Positions 39,901 to 50,231 of a stretch of DNA of 64,000 bases are shown here, piece after piece. This DNA comes from an uncultured Gammaproteobacteria bacterium. Its GTDB lineage: Bacteria; Patescibacteriota; Patescibacteriia; UBA9570. The notes under the pieces are model-generated. The model saw nothing but the letters and a program-made list of their open reading frames with translations. It ran no database searches and was not told the origin of the DNA. Position 1 is the stretch's first letter; every line of letters begins with the position of its first letter. Made by a program: the position numbers and the translations under genes. The DNA lies in assembly GCA_964385285.1 (NCBI GenBank), contig CAYLOJ010000005.1:493-64492 (forward strand), written 5' to 3'.

Positions 39901-41839
39901 GCAGCAACCGGTGCAAGCTGGTGATGAAATTGTGATTCATGATGTAGCCTTGAATCATCGCTTTAATGGTGATCATGCCGATACGTTAGTCACTATGTTG
40001 GTGAATGATGAGCGTCTGATACCCGTTAGTATCTTAGAGCCGAATGCTGAAATCATGAATGCAGCGTTGCGTGGTGATCCGACGATCGACAATGCGGTCA
40101 TGGTGGATCAATTTATGCAAGTCAAAGCTGGTCAGGGGTTAGCGGAGTTAATGGGTGAAGCTGGATTATCATCAGACTTATGGAAGGCGGCAGAGTTTGT
40201 ATTAGCTGAACGTGGTATTAACCCAGAAACGGTACGCACGGGTGATTTAGTGCCAATCTACAATGAGGAGGCATTACGGGCGCAACTCGATACGATCTAT
40301 GAACGTGCGGAACAGCGCATGGAGGCAGCTGATGGCAGTGGTGTGCAGGTACATATTGTGCGTCCGCATGAAAGCATGGATGATCTTGCAGCCGGGTTCT
40401 TTGACCGCGAGCGTTACTCCGCTGCAGAGTGGGCACAGATCCGTGATCAGATTGCTTACAAGGCTCAGATTCCTAATGGGGAAAAAGCGATGCCAGGGGA
40501 TTTACATACCATGCCGTATACGATCAAAGAGTATCATTTGCAAGCCGATGCAGTGATTAAGCTAGACGATAATACTTTAGCAGATTTCGAGAAACACATT
40601 TGGCAGCAGCGCGCTGATGAACGTGCCTACTTGCCTGATACACTACCCATTGCTGTCGAGGACGGTATCGTTGAGCAAGCCATTCCAGATGAGATTAGTC
40701 GTTTGATTGATACCGTTGTGGATAGTAATCCAGAATATGGAGAGCAGGTACGGATAGCGTTAGCATTGGTTTACGCCAATGAAGGGATGCGCGAAACCGC
40801 TGATCAAAATTGGTTGACTGAACAACTTGCCTGGGTGAATGCACATTTAGTTGATCGCTCAGCGACGTTAGAGCAGGCGATGATCTGGTCGGAATATCTC
40901 ACTAGTCGCCAAGCTCAGAAAGATGTAGCTTGGGCCATCCAAGATCAGCCCATGGCCAAAGCTGTACTAGACAGTGTGATTGCCCAAGCCAAAGTAGGTT
41001 CTGCAGAACGACGGGCACTCGTTGAAGCTTATCCTACGGCATTATGGTTACCAGGAGAGTTTGGAGATAGTATTGTTGATCCGATCATTGGCCAAATGGA
41101 AAAAGTAGCGGGTGTTTCTTCCGCTGGTTTGTTTCAAGTCCGGGCTAATAACTTCTTCGAGAAAACGGATCCCGCGCATGATCAACTGGAAGTAGACTTG
41201 CGTGCTGACCCGTTGTTGAACACTCACGCTGCTGCTGAAATTTTACATCGCAATGAGGCGGCTATAGATACCTATGTTGCAGCCTTTGGTGATCCGCAAG
41301 CGAAGAGTGAAACTGCTCATGTACTGGCACTGGTGAACTCTTACAATGGCGGGCCTTACAAAACCATGTTAGGTAGTCTACAAGAACGCATTCTATATTT
41401 TGCGGATCATGAACACGTACAGATCCCGTTAGAGCAAGCTAGCGGCCGCAACACCGAAGCTACCCAAGCAGCCTTGCTGGCAATGTGTGATCAATTACGC
41501 AGTGAAGGTAAACTAATGGTTCCACAGGATCAGGTTGAGCGTGATGTGGCGTTGTTGGGGAAGGAAACGATTGGTTTCTTGCGTAGTGATACTATGCAGC
41601 AATTAAAAGGTGCATACGAAGAAAGTACTGGTCAGTCACTTAGCATTTTACCTACCGCTGATCGTTTAACGGACGCTAAGGTTTCCTATGCTAATTATGC
41701 ATTACTATCCACTCGTGGTGGTAGCTTAGATGCAATTATTGAGCACTCTCAAAATGTTCGGATTGCTCAAGGCAACGCGGTTGTGAAGGGTTATGCACGT
41801 AACCTTGCGATTCCTTATTCCAGTGTTACTCCAAGCTAA
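36968..41839 (+). CDS. giant multi-LysM protein with C-terminal lytic transglycosylase-like domain
   Basis: Lys[15 protein letters not shown]...[10 protein letters not shown]; SLT-like motifs ANEG, GLFQ, DPLLN..AAAEIL, SYNGG. Confidence 0.7.
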   Translation: MNSIDRQWIDLPDALPQVDLKAERVVPDAAEVNAPELGLRKRWTTLVQGVREQYKGWKERLMDRTDETLTEIADQYVGDWRETQPTTMWQSAKRAVEATRKSLTLRKAMDLSVRGALVGIEFNAQMAAKQFLVDIAIRQADCDTLAEKYAGHGGVAAVEAEAMKFADQVRQHFAELQRVSERMMPAEGGDREAYRQQHIERGMKYAHELLQGVTIIPEQRRQAILGDIHRHLDTVVFDGEKSSLMRGYEKLSGQWSNAIQGIVERHVDIYQARKARNTAVLTTGARWLTLGVESFVIGKAMSTYSTVSVNYEKALQQRPAHERTTGKRLEALAESVRTSLRQFALHDRFELALRNNKTVSASVERLITPEQQAADFESFAVDQIAISLWTEYGEQLKARGISEDDLYARVEDIAAFQGDRRQALERLLKHKLLGMHREVVKASAKQYEHLFNQFNATVTTLGMLEHLDTTLEAKYVPAVDATAANIETVLTHLQDAVQEITVTRVTSTDSASAVVTIPDSYDYSYDALHQSVDPEAFAAGEEVPPENTVANVHYVVESGETTWKIASDHLEWYRQREGNDHLTVPQAVELLARDNHLTNAARIEVGQTLVLPTELPPAVDDSDDPYGESVEEAPRLPEGMWEQDRVMSHEQAVMAAKGVDHHLANDHYVSGATREDLNKLPPGDYVTIFGERMGKRNNTMGVFYDQVYDLHVDATGAVTAKEHGVADTTPMDLSELLSTEQAPIVRVFSLEATDLTIDHGRLNSAEWSDYNLAMIESLKHEAVRVEDKDGAYCAKDMAGRFNLMAEQLAAKIGVNIIDGRGELSGVTVHAPMVAEAIITNGGQELATLKTYFTVDAGGAHPQENLNSDNAVYRYGVDQWIKAAAANPLEIGTFYFTGTHINDIIAANREIGGEPNSHVVTLLGEQNHELTVPKDTTMAALLHNRFGLSKTDLAERGYLFESLGIEVNGQVITNQAEWLQQPVQAGDEIVIHDVALNHRFNGDHADTLVTMLVNDERLIPVSILEPNAEIMNAALRGDPTIDNAVMVDQFMQVKAGQGLAELMGEAGLSSDLWKAAEFVLAERGINPETVRTGDLVPIYNEEALRAQLDTIYERAEQRMEAADGSGVQVHIVRPHESMDDLAAGFFDRERYSAAEWAQIRDQIAYKAQIPNGEKAMPGDLHTMPYTIKEYHLQADAVIKLDDNTLADFEKHIWQQRADERAYLPDTLPIAVEDGIVEQAIPDEISRLIDTVVDSNPEYGEQVRIALALVYANEGMRETADQNWLTEQLAWVNAHLVDRSATLEQAMIWSEYLTSRQAQKDVAWAIQDQPMAKAVLDSVIAQAKVGSAERRALVEAYPTALWLPGEFGDSIVDPIIGQMEKVAGVSSAGLFQVRANNFFEKTDPAHDQLEVDLRADPLLNTHAAAEILHRNEAAIDTYVAAFGDPQAKSETAHVLALVNSYNGGPYKTMLGSLQERILYFADHEHVQIPLEQASGRNTEATQAALLAMCDQLRSEGKLMVPQDQVERDVALLGKETIGFLRSDTMQQLKGAYEESTGQSLSILPTADRLTDAKVSYANYALLSTRGGSLDAIIEHSQNVRIAQGNAVVKGYARNLAIPYSSVTPS

Positions 41840-42477
41840 AGTTTGCGACCAGCGTCTTGCAAAAATTTAGCCAGGCCACTTTCTGTTAGTGGATGCTGAA
41901 ATAGTTGTTCGAATACTTTATAAGGAATCGTGGCAACATCAGCACCTACTTCTGCTGCTTGCTTTACATGTTGAGGGTGTCGGACAGATGCTACTAACAC
42001 TTGAGTAGAGAATGCATAGTTGCGTAGTACGTGTAGTATATCTGAGACCACTGCCATTCCATCTTGGCCGATATCATCTAGGCGACCAACAAATGGTGAG
42101 ATAAACGTGGCGCCGGCTTTTGCAGCCAATAATGCCTGGTTAGGAGTGAATACTAATGTGACATTGGTCATGATCCCTTTGGCAGATAAAGCCTGTACAA
42201 CCGGCATGGCGGCTTTAATCATGGGCAGTTTGACCGTAATATTTTTGTGTAATTTGGCTAACGCTAACCCTTCGACGAGCATTTCCTCAGTCGTCGTCGA
42301 TAACACTTCAGCGGAAATTGGGCCATCTACATATTGGCAGATCTCTTGAATGACTTCTTCGCGATTACGCCCCGCTTGTGCTACTAATGTGGGGTTTGTG
42401 GTAATGCCGTCGATTAAACCCGTACTAGCTGCGAGTTTGATCTCCTCGATGGAAGCAGTATCTAAAAATAGTTTCAT
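41836..42477 (-). CDS. tal: transaldolase / fructose-6-phosphate aldolase (FSA/TalC type)
   Basis: [36 protein letters not shown]. Confidence 0.92.
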   Translation of the reverse strand: MKLFLDTASIEEIKLAASTGLIDGITTNPTLVAQAGRNREEVIQEICQYVDGPISAEVLSTTTEEMLVEGLALAKLHKNITVKLPMIKAAMPVVQALSAKGIMTNVTLVFTPNQALLAAKAGATFISPFVGRLDDIGQDGMAVVSDILHVLRNYAFSTQVLVASVRHPQHVKQAAEVGADVATIPYKVFEQLFQHPLTESGLAKFLQDAGRKL

Positions 42478-42514
42478 AGACCAAAAGCATAGCGCTAAAT
42501 AGGGTGTTTGTAAA

Positions 42515-42814
42515 TTAAGATTGCTGCGCGTACATTACCCAACGTATGATGCGTTCTAATTCGGCAACTACTACTGGTGAGCGATAATCACCGGCGTGAC
42601 GTTTCAGACCCGCTAGTTTGATCGTGCTTTGCTTTTGATCAAGATGTAATGATAAATCCAAGCTAGAGGTATCGTCTCGCAAGTAGAGATGAAAGCGGGG
42701 ATAGAAGGCATTGCTCAGTTGACGCACCCAAGCATCTTGCAATGGGTGATAACCAGCCTGGCGCAGTACATTTGCTACGTTGATTTGGCGTTGCAGAGTT
42801 ACTGTTTTGTCCAT
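42515..42814 (-). CDS. hypothetical protein
   Basis: [13 protein letters not shown] motif; lies between thiN and tal on the same strand. Confidence 0.65.
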   Translation of the reverse strand: MDKTVTLQRQINVANVLRQAGYHPLQDAWVRQLSNAFYPRFHLYLRDDTSSLDLSLHLDQKQSTIKLAGLKRHAGDYRSPVVVAELERIIRWVMYAQQS

Positions 42815-43413
42815 AGTTGTTGCAAAATGACTAGAACGCTGCCGGATCGCACTGTAATTAAGAGTGGCTCTTCTGTAGTTTCGTTCGAAATGCCGGAAGA
42901 TTGACCATCTAAGACTAAATCATTGCCGTTCCAGCAACAACCAGTAATCGCCACAGTAGCCGTTGTGCCTGCGACTGGCACGATTGAGAATGGGAGATCC
43001 GCTGGTAGGTCTAGTGCTAATTGATCACGGACAATTTGGAGTCGTTGGTACGGCGTATAGAGATAACGGATCTCAGGATGGAGGCTAGCAAGTTGGATAG
43101 CACTTAAGGTGTGATCTAATCGCTCAGCACTCGTGACCGATAATAGATCGACCGTATAGGGTTGGGCATAATGTTCTGCTAACCAGGCTAATCCCTTTTG
43201 TAAATCCGTCGTGGTTTGATCGGGAATCGATAGGTAGGCAGTGTCATTCGCAATTGAATCGCCATCACCCAAGGTAATGAGCGGAGTGATGCCTAGTTGA
43301 GTGCAGTGTTTGTAGCCACCGTCCAGTGCAACTACGCCAGTGTAATCGTTCATCAATGCGAAGGCTGGCACGAATGGGCCATTGCCGATGAGAGCAAACT
43401 GTTGAGCAGACAT
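42799..43413 (-). CDS. thiN: thiamine diphosphokinase
   Basis: IGNG, ALDGG, GDGDS, DQTTTDLQKGL, RLDH, GISNE; start MSAQQ. Confidence 0.85.
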   Translation of the reverse strand: MSAQQFALIGNGPFVPAFALMNDYTGVVALDGGYKHCTQLGITPLITLGDGDSIANDTAYLSIPDQTTTDLQKGLAWLAEHYAQPYTVDLLSVTSAERLDHTLSAIQLASLHPEIRYLYTPYQRLQIVRDQLALDLPADLPFSIVPVAGTTATVAITGCCWNGNDLVLDGQSSGISNETTEEPLLITVRSGSVLVILQQLWTKQ

Positions 43414-43467
43414 ATGGCCACGATAGGCTATCTTTTGCTGCTTGGCAAGGTGTGGTAAGCTAAACGC

Positions 43468-43884
43468 ATGGGAGAATTGCTTCACCGTTATGAGTATCCA
43501 AGTCAGGAGGATGTGATTGAATTATTCGCACCTAACTTAGTGCGCGTTAAATTTGGAACTATTACCGTTGCAGAAGAGGATAATACACGCGAAACCCAGT
43601 GGGTGCTACAGTGCCTACAGGATATGAAGCAACGTAGTGGTGGTCAAAAACTGAAGGTATTAATTGATCTCACTTCTATTGATTCCGGAGAATATAATAG
43701 TAAAGAATCGAATCGGCTCTATCGAGAGATGTTAAAAGATGAGGCGATTGAGCGAGTAGCTGCATTTGGTTTACATACAGGCTGGCAAATGTTAATCGAT
43801 TTGCTGCGGGTATTTGTGCCGAATAAATTGAAAACCTTTAGCACAGAACAGCAAGCCAGGAAGTGGTTAGAGGTGAACAACTAG
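43468..43884 (+). CDS. STAS/SpoIIAA-like domain protein
   Basis: VLIDL, RVAAFG, F.TEQQARKWL. Confidence 0.65.
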   Translation: MGELLHRYEYPSQEDVIELFAPNLVRVKFGTITVAEEDNTRETQWVLQCLQDMKQRSGGQKLKVLIDLTSIDSGEYNSKESNRLYREMLKDEAIERVAAFGLHTGWQMLIDLLRVFVPNKLKTFSTEQQARKWLEVNN

Positions 43885-43887
43885 TCC

Positions 43888-44553
43888 ATGTTATTAGTAG
43901 ATAAAGCGGTTGGCTGGTCTTCGTTCGATGTTGTTGCAAAAGCACGCAAGGCGTTACAAGTTAAACGCATTGGTCATGCTGGTACATTAGATCCAGCCGC
44001 TACGGGTTTGTTGATTGTTCTGGTGGGTCGAGAGGAAACAAAGCAGCAGGATCGCTTCATGAAGCTAGAGAAAGAATATGAGGTGACATTTGAGTTGGGA
44101 AAGGTCAGCACTACGGATGATGCTGAAGGAGAAATTACTGTCCGAGAGATGGATCATGTGATTACTCGCTCTGAGTTTGAAGCTGTGCTGCAGCGGTTCA
44201 TTGGACCGATTCAACAACAACCCCCGATCTATTCTGCGATCCATATTAACGGGGAACGTGCCTATAAATTAGCTCGACAAGGCAAAGCGGCAGATGTAGT
44301 CATCCCGTTTCGAACCGTCATGATTCACGCAATCCAAATCATCGCCATGCAACTGCCGTTCATTACTTTGAGAGTGAGCTGCTCACACGGAACCTACATC
44401 CGTTCATTAGTGCGCGATATCGGTGAAGCGCTAAACTGCGGTGCTTATGTGACCGCCTTACGTCGCACTAAAATTGGTAGTTACCGTGTGGAGAACGCTA
44501 TGAGCGTCGACCAAATAACGACAGCACAAAACCAACCGTTGACACTAGAATAA
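43888..44553 (+). CDS. truB: tRNA pseudouridine(55) synthase
   Basis: GHAGTLDPAATG, QQPPIYSAI, CSHGTYIRSL, LRRTKIG. Confidence 0.96.
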   Translation: MLLVDKAVGWSSFDVVAKARKALQVKRIGHAGTLDPAATGLLIVLVGREETKQQDRFMKLEKEYEVTFELGKVSTTDDAEGEITVREMDHVITRSEFEAVLQRFIGPIQQQPPIYSAIHINGERAYKLARQGKAADVVIPFRTVMIHAIQIIAMQLPFITLRVSCSHGTYIRSLVRDIGEALNCGAYVTALRRTKIGSYRVENAMSVDQITTAQNQPLTLE

Positions 44554-45310
44554 TCGTCGGTCCAGCCGGAAGATCCAAAACAAAGGATAAGATCAAGCCA
44601 ACTACGGTTGAGATGATGCTGACTAGAATGGATAGCCAGACTAATTGTCGAAACGATCCAGCTATGTTCTTAGCGATGGCAGCTGGTAGGATCAATAAAC
44701 CTGTAACTAGAATAATCCCAACCACTTTAATGCTGACTGCAATCGTCAACGCCGTCACGACGAAGAATGCATAATCTAACCATTCGCCATGGATGCCTCG
44801 CACATACGCAAAGTCCGGTGAGAAGGTAATCAATAACAGGCGCTTGCTAGTAACGAGTAGAAAACTAATGACGCCAACGGCTACGACAATACTAGCTAAC
44901 ACATCAACCCATCCTAAGGTTAAGATATCGCCAAATAATATACTAAAAAGTTCAGAGCGATAGGTAGGAAGTAGGCTCATTAATACCACACCTAGTGACA
45001 GGCCGGAGGAGAAGATCACGCCTACCACGGTGTCGAGGCCAATCCGTGATCGATTTTTGATATACACCGTGACCACTCCAATGGCAATACAAAATACAAT
45101 AGCAGCAATGGTGGGCGAGATCTGCAGTAATAACCCAAGTGCAATACCGGCTAGCGCTGAGTGTGCGATGGTGTCTGCATAAAATGACAAGTTACGGAGC
45201 GTGACAAATACTCCTAAGAACGCTGCCGTTACACCAATACATAATCCTGCAACCAGCGCGCGTTGCATGAAGGGGAGAGAAAACATTTGTTGAATGAGAT
45301 CAAACGTCAT
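44498..45310 (-). CDS. Zn/Mn ABC transporter permease (ZnuB-like)
   Basis: FMQRAL, DTIAHSALAG, LFGDIL, VGIILV, GPTII. Confidence 0.9.
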   Translation of the reverse strand: MTFDLIQQMFSLPFMQRALVAGLCIGVTAAFLGVFVTLRNLSFYADTIAHSALAGIALGLLLQISPTIAAIVFCIAIGVVTVYIKNRSRIGLDTVVGVIFSSGLSLGVVLMSLLPTYRSELFSILFGDILTLGWVDVLASIVVAVGVISFLLVTSKRLLLITFSPDFAYVRGIHGEWLDYAFFVVTALTIAVSIKVVGIILVTGLLILPAAIAKNIAGSFRQLVWLSILVSIISTVVGLILSFVLDLPAGPTIILVSTVGFVLSLFGRRS

Positions 45311-45312
45311 AT

Positions 45313-46023
45313 CTAATCGTGGTGATGTTGATCAATTTTGGTCAATGGAATTCCGTACATTTTCTGAAAGTTTTCTTGCGTGAAGACATCTTGCGGCCGC
45401 CCTGTGCAAACCAGTTCTTTATTCAAGCAGAGTACTTCGTCAGCATATTGAGCAGTCACATCAATATCATGTGACACCATTACAATCGTCGTACCATCTT
45501 TTTCATTCAGCTTATGCAGGTAATGGTATAACTCAGCTTGTCCACGTGGATCAATACCGCTCGAAAATTCATCTAGGAACAATACCTTAGGTTTCGTACT
45601 AAGGACACCAGCTAATAACACCCGTTGCAATTGCCCTCCAGATAATTTCCCAACCCGTTGTTTCAGTAATCCGCTGACTGCAAACAGATCATCCAATTTA
45701 GGTAAGGTGTTATGCGTCCACCAACCATTGGCGTGGAGATACATATGTAAAAATTCTTCAACTGTAATCGGGAAACTAGTATCCACGGCTAAGCGTTGAG
45801 GTACATACCCGACTTCATCGACAGCAAAGTGGCGCGTAATCGTCCCGGCGCTCGGATTAAGCAAACCGACCATAATGCGGAGCAGTTGAGTCTTTCCCGC
45901 TCCATTTGGTCCAAGAATCGAGACAAATGCTCCTTCTGGAATCACAAAGCCAACATCACTCAACACAGTAATATCACCGAAGCGGAGTTGTAGATTGTCG
46001 GCGTGTATTAAATCACCATGCAT
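45313..46023 (-). CDS. Zn/Mn ABC transporter ATPase (ZnuC-like)
   Basis: GPNGAGKT, GYVPQ, LSGGQLQR, VSHD, His-rich C-terminus. Confidence 0.9.
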   Translation of the reverse strand: MHGDLIHADNLQLRFGDITVLSDVGFVIPEGAFVSILGPNGAGKTQLLRIMVGLLNPSAGTITRHFAVDEVGYVPQRLAVDTSFPITVEEFLHMYLHANGWWTHNTLPKLDDLFAVSGLLKQRVGKLSGGQLQRVLLAGVLSTKPKVLFLDEFSSGIDPRGQAELYHYLHKLNEKDGTTIVMVSHDIDVTAQYADEVLCLNKELVCTGRPQDVFTQENFQKMYGIPLTKIDQHHHD

Positions 46024-46029
46024 GCGATG

Positions 46030-46058
46030 ACTGTACTGATTAATTAGTGATTTGTCAA
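46030..46058 (-). promoter_or_regulatory. leaderless promoter with palindromic operator
   Basis: TTGACA-17-TACAGT-6 nt-ATG; imperfect palindrome ACTGATTAATTAGT at 46035-46048 in the spacer. Confidence 0.6.
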
Positions 46059-46087
46059 TACTATCGGAAGGTGTATACTCACTACGT

Positions 46088-46798
46088 ATGGCAAAGAAAA
46101 ATAACTTGATTAAAGAGTCCAAATACATTTGGGTAGCCGATTTTGTCTACGGAGGCATTGATGGCTCCGTCACTACATTTGCGGTCGTGGCCGGTGTGGC
46201 TGGTGCTCAATTGCCAGTTTCAATCGTCTTAATTATGGGATTCGCCAACTTAATTGCTGATGGAATTTCCATGGCAGTGAGTAAATATTCTGGAGACAAG
46301 GCAGAAAAAGAACGCATCCAACGCATTCGGCGCATGGAATACAAATCTATTCGTGAAAATCCTGCCGAAGAACGTAGTGAGATTGAAGAAATTTTATACG
46401 ATCATGGTTTTCGGGGTAAAGCGCTAGACAGTGCTGTTCATGTGATTACGAAAGATAAAGATGTTTGGGTGGAAACGATGATGAAGTACGAATTTAATGT
46501 GGCTGAAGAGGCTATTTATCCATTAAAGGGTGCGCGTACTACCTTTATTGCGTTTAATGTCATCGGTGTTATTCCGCTGATCAGCTATCTCTTTCAGCCA
46601 GTGTTGCAGTTGAATGAATTTAACGTGTTTGCTTTAGCCTCTGCCTTTACTATGTTGGCACTGTTTATTGTTGGTGCTGTAAAATCGAAGTTTACGGACG
46701 AAGCGTGGTGGAAATCTGGATTCAAAACAGTCTTAGTAGGCGGCATTGCAGCGACATCTGCATACTTAGTAGGTTATTTCCTTCAAGGCATTGCGTAA
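46088..46798 (+). CDS. VIT1/CCC1-family metal transporter
   Basis: VYGGIDGSVTTFAVVAG, ANLIADGISMA. Confidence 0.9.
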   Translation: MAKKNNLIKESKYIWVADFVYGGIDGSVTTFAVVAGVAGAQLPVSIVLIMGFANLIADGISMAVSKYSGDKAEKERIQRIRRMEYKSIRENPAEERSEIEEILYDHGFRGKALDSAVHVITKDKDVWVETMMKYEFNVAEEAIYPLKGARTTFIAFNVIGVIPLISYLFQPVLQLNEFNVFALASAFTMLALFIVGAVKSKFTDEAWWKSGFKTVLVGGIAATSAYLVGYFLQGIA

Positions 46799-47480
46799 CC
46801 ACATACACTTATTTTGGTTGGGTATAGTGCCAGCTCTCGGCTGGCAATTTGCATTAGCGTTAGTTTATTTAGTCTGGGTTCCCAGTGATCAAACTCAATT
46901 CGCCTACGCTCTAGCTAAACTATGGTTGGTGCTCTGGCCATTACTGTGGTGGCGAAGCTTAACACACATTATCCCAAAACTACAGCCACAACGTTCATTG
47001 AGCATCCGGTATGGCTTGGGTCTGGCAGCAATGATCATGTTCTGTTTAGGCATAGTAGGGTGGTTACTGCAACCAGTACTATTAGCATTACAACCAGAGA
47101 TTAGTACAAGATTATCAGAGATTGGTTTAACTCAAACCAGTTATCTCATTTTTGCTCTCGGATTATCACTGGTGCATTCTGCCTTTGAAGAATGGTACTG
47201 GCGGGGGTTTGTATTTCGAGGATTGCGCACAAAACTAAATTGGACTGCGGCTGCTGTCATTAGCAGTGTGGCGTTCTCCGCACATCATGCGATTGTTCTG
47301 TATCAATTTGCACCACTCTGGCTGACTATCCTCGGGACGAGTGCGATTGCCGTTGTAGGGTATCTGTGGTGCAGCATGTATCAGCGGTCAGGTAGTTTAC
47401 TTGGCAGCTGGTTGAGTCACGTCGTAGCTGATCTAGCAGTGATGGCGATAGGGTATTGGATCTGTTTTTTGGCAGCTTGA
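46791..47480 (+). CDS. CPBP (CAAX/Abi) intramembrane metalloprotease
   Basis: EEWYWRG, FSAHH, SHVVAD. Confidence 0.85.
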   Translation: MRNHIHLFWLGIVPALGWQFALALVYLVWVPSDQTQFAYALAKLWLVLWPLLWWRSLTHIIPKLQPQRSLSIRYGLGLAAMIMFCLGIVGWLLQPVLLALQPEISTRLSEIGLTQTSYLIFALGLSLVHSAFEEWYWRGFVFRGLRTKLNWTAAAVISSVAFSAHHAIVLYQFAPLWLTILGTSAIAVVGYLWCSMYQRSGSLLGSWLSHVVADLAVMAIGYWICFLAA

Positions 47481-49061
47481 TTAGCGAGCTAAAATCGGGG
47501 TAGAGGTTAGGGTTAACGTGTCACCAGCTTCAACAGATTGCCAACTATATTCACCGGAACTGTTTGGCACTACACTGGTATATTCTGTTACACCTGTTGG
47601 CACGGTCCAATCAGCAGTCGTGCCAGACCAGGCAACGTAACGCAGCGAGCCATCTGTTTTAGTAATCGTGTAGCTGTAGGTTCCAGTCGTGGTGATGCTG
47701 GCGAGTGGTAATAGTTCACTAGTCAGTAATTGGATGCCGTAATAGGCGAGTTTAGGAGCAGTATTACTATCTACAATACCATAATATCGGAAATCATTGT
47801 CGGCATCATCATTGCCAGTGTAGGTGTGCCAGATGACTAGGGCGTCATCTGCTGCATAGGATTGTACCACTCGACGAAAGACATCACTGGCTTGAGTTGA
47901 ATCGCTATTGGGATAGTTGGTGCGGATCGTCAGGGTTGGATCTGAAGTGGTGCCTGTTTCTGTATTCCAGACAGTTTTATCGCTGATCCCTAACGCTTCC
48001 ATGGTCGTTTGCAGGTCGGCACGGGAATTGGCATAGTGTCGCCAGTCTTCATAATAGTGATAGTTCACAACATCAAACCAGTCCGTGCCACCACCGGCTA
48101 CCACTCCAGTAAGCCAGTCATCTAAGGTATTACTATTCAGACCGCCCATCCCTGGCATAATCACCACTGCATCGGGATCGTGTGCTCTGATGAGGGCAGA
48201 CACCTCAGCTAAAAAGACTCCTTGCTCTTCAGAAGTAAAGGTCTCTCCTTCGGCATAGGCAGGAATATCATCGGCGGATGAATCAGATGATAAGGCAATC
48301 CAGTGATCCATTTCATTACCAATCTCCCAATACTTTACATCATCTTTATAACGATCCACTACAGTGGTAATGTAATCTTCCGCTTCGGTGCCTACCGTTT
48401 TTTGGAATGTACTACTGGCTGTTGCCCACGGTGGTGTACCTGAGGCATATTGTGGCCGGAAGAGCGTGACGATCGGTTCAAACGGCATGCTGGGAATGGC
48501 TGCATCTGCATCGGCAAAATTCCAGTTATCATCAGTTGGCTCTACATTCGACCACAGTAAATCCACTGTAGTGATTTGGCGCAGAGTTTGTGCACCCAGG
48601 TTAGTGAGATCAGTGTAGTAATCTGTATTATCCCCATCGGCGCCATCGAGCGTAATAAAATTAAGCCCGAACTGCACAGGCACAGTTTCAGCATCGGTAG
48701 TAAAGCTCACTTTCTTTGAATAGCGTGAATGTTGTCCATCGGTATAGTATGCCTTGAGGCGGACGGCGTAGGTAGTATCCGCTGAGAGTTCCTTCACGAC
48801 TTTCTTATGTTTGCTGCCATCAATGGTATACTTTTTAACTAAGTGTTTACCTTGGGCACCAGACAATAATTTTAAAGAGAAGTGATCAACATGCTTAGCA
48901 CTGTCCCACTTGATTTTTGCACGATGTAGTTTAATTTTTGAGGTCGGCACTGTCGGTTGCGTGTAGCGACCAGTCGTTTGATTTGCTTGTGGTTGAGTCA
49001 GAGCAGTGACGGGACTAACCGTTGCACCGATGAGTAGTAGTAAGCCAAATAATAATTTCAT
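47481..49061 (-). CDS. secreted FN3 plus clan GH-A glycoside hydrolase
   Basis: Signal peptide, FN3 (LSADTTYAVRLKA), WEIGNE acid/base, NYHYY, WNTETG nucleophile. Confidence 0.75.
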   Translation of the reverse strand: MKLLFGLLLLIGATVSPVTALTQPQANQTTGRYTQPTVPTSKIKLHRAKIKWDSAKHVDHFSLKLLSGAQGKHLVKKYTIDGSKHKKVVKELSADTTYAVRLKAYYTDGQHSRYSKKVSFTTDAETVPVQFGLNFITLDGADGDNTDYYTDLTNLGAQTLRQITTVDLLWSNVEPTDDNWNFADADAAIPSMPFEPIVTLFRPQYASGTPPWATASSTFQKTVGTEAEDYITTVVDRYKDDVKYWEIGNEMDHWIALSSDSSADDIPAYAEGETFTSEEQGVFLAEVSALIRAHDPDAVVIMPGMGGLNSNTLDDWLTGVVAGGGTDWFDVVNYHYYEDWRHYANSRADLQTTMEALGISDKTVWNTETGTTSDPTLTIRTNYPNSDSTQASDVFRRVVQSYAADDALVIWHTYTGNDDADNDFRYYGIVDSNTAPKLAYYGIQLLTSELLPLASITTTGTYSYTITKTDGSLRYVAWSGTTADWTVPTGVTEYTSVVPNSSGEYSWQSVEAGDTLTLTSTPILAR

Positions 49062-49148
49062 GATTGTAGTATAACATTATTTTATGATGCCCTTGTGGGA
49101 AACTCAATAATCTGGTAAAACTGCAGCACTTCGCACGGAGGTATTGCG

Positions 49149-49811
49149 ATGACGTCCAACACTTCGGTTCCTTCCAATTCGTTCCACTGGACCGCCAACT
49201 GGATCACGATCGCACGTGTGCTGTTCGTGATCCCGATGATCTACTTCTACTTGCAGGGTGACTTGCAATGGGGAGGTATCTGTTTCATCGCCAGCATCGT
49301 GCCTGACTGGTTCGACGGCCCGTTCGCGCGTTGGCAGTCTCGTCGATACGGGACCATGCTGACTCCTGAAGACGAACACCGCCTGTCCTACTGGCAGCGC
49401 ATCAACTACCCTGGGCAAACAACTCTGGGAGCGATGCTTGATCCGCTGTTCGATAAGGTGACCAACGGTCTCGGTCTGCTACTGGCGGGCTGGAACTTCA
49501 TACCGTTGTGGCTGGTCGGCTGCGTCATCGGCATCGACCTGGTGCTGCAGTTCGTGGTGCGACCGCTCAAGTCGCACTACAAGATCGGCAGCATTAAAGC
49601 CACGGACTGGGGTAAGTACAAAACTCAGTGCCAAGGCTGGTGCGCCGGTTTCATGCCGTTTTGGCAGATCTGGCACTGGCCCTACGCGGATCTCGTGTTC
49701 ACGCTCTGGCTGACGTTCTGCATCGGCTTCGGTCTGATGTCTCTGCGCAGCCACCTGATCCCAATGCTGCGGTGGTGGCGCAACGGCACTGGAATGACGA
49801 TCGACCGGTGA
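49149..49811 (+). CDS. CDP-alcohol phosphatidyltransferase (PgsA-like), GC-rich
   Basis: ANWITIAR, DWFDGPFAR...TTLGAMLDPLFDK, GKYKT; GGAGG SD. Confidence 0.82.
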   Translation: MTSNTSVPSNSFHWTANWITIARVLFVIPMIYFYLQGDLQWGGICFIASIVPDWFDGPFARWQSRRYGTMLTPEDEHRLSYWQRINYPGQTTLGAMLDPLFDKVTNGLGLLLAGWNFIPLWLVGCVIGIDLVLQFVVRPLKSHYKIGSIKATDWGKYKTQCQGWCAGFMPFWQIWHWPYADLVFTLWLTFCIGFGLMSLRSHLIPMLRWWRNGTGMTIDR

Positions 49812-49886
49812 TGGGCGGCGGCGTTTCTCACGATTCGCCGCATCCCCAAACTATTATGCGTTTTAATTCATCATTAAGACACGATC

Positions 49887-50231
49887 ATGATTCAACTACA
49901 GCCTAACGAAACAATCATCAAGCAAGATCGCATCATTCAAATTCATAGTGCAATCTCTTCCACTTTTGGTACGTTGTATCTAACTAATCAACGCGTGGTG
50001 GTGGAGAAAAACAAATGGGCCATGGTGCTTGGTTTGGTTGGTTGGTTATTGGCAAAGTTTTTCCCTGGTTCTATTCAAGCCTACCCGCGCACAGAGATTG
50101 TGAGCCGTGAACAAACTAAACATGGGTTTAACACCAATGTGTTGCTACTAAAGTTTAAAGACGGCAAAACCTGGAAGTTAGGTCTGACCGCTGCCTATAC
50201 CGAATGGGACGAAGCCTTTAAATCTGCTTAG
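49887..50231 (+). CDS. GRAM/PH-like domain protein
   Basis: L.PNE.II, GTLYLTNQRVV. Confidence 0.6.
   Translation: MIQLQPNETIIKQDRIIQIHSAISSTFGTLYLTNQRVVVEKNKWAMVLGLVGWLLAKFFPGSIQAYPRTEIVSREQTKHGFNTNVLLLKFKDGKTWKLGLTAAYTEWDEAFKSA

Noticed and set aside
44498-44553. Convergent gene overlaps (truB/znuB-like, queG/fur)
   Set aside because: Short tail overlaps are ordinary in compact genomes
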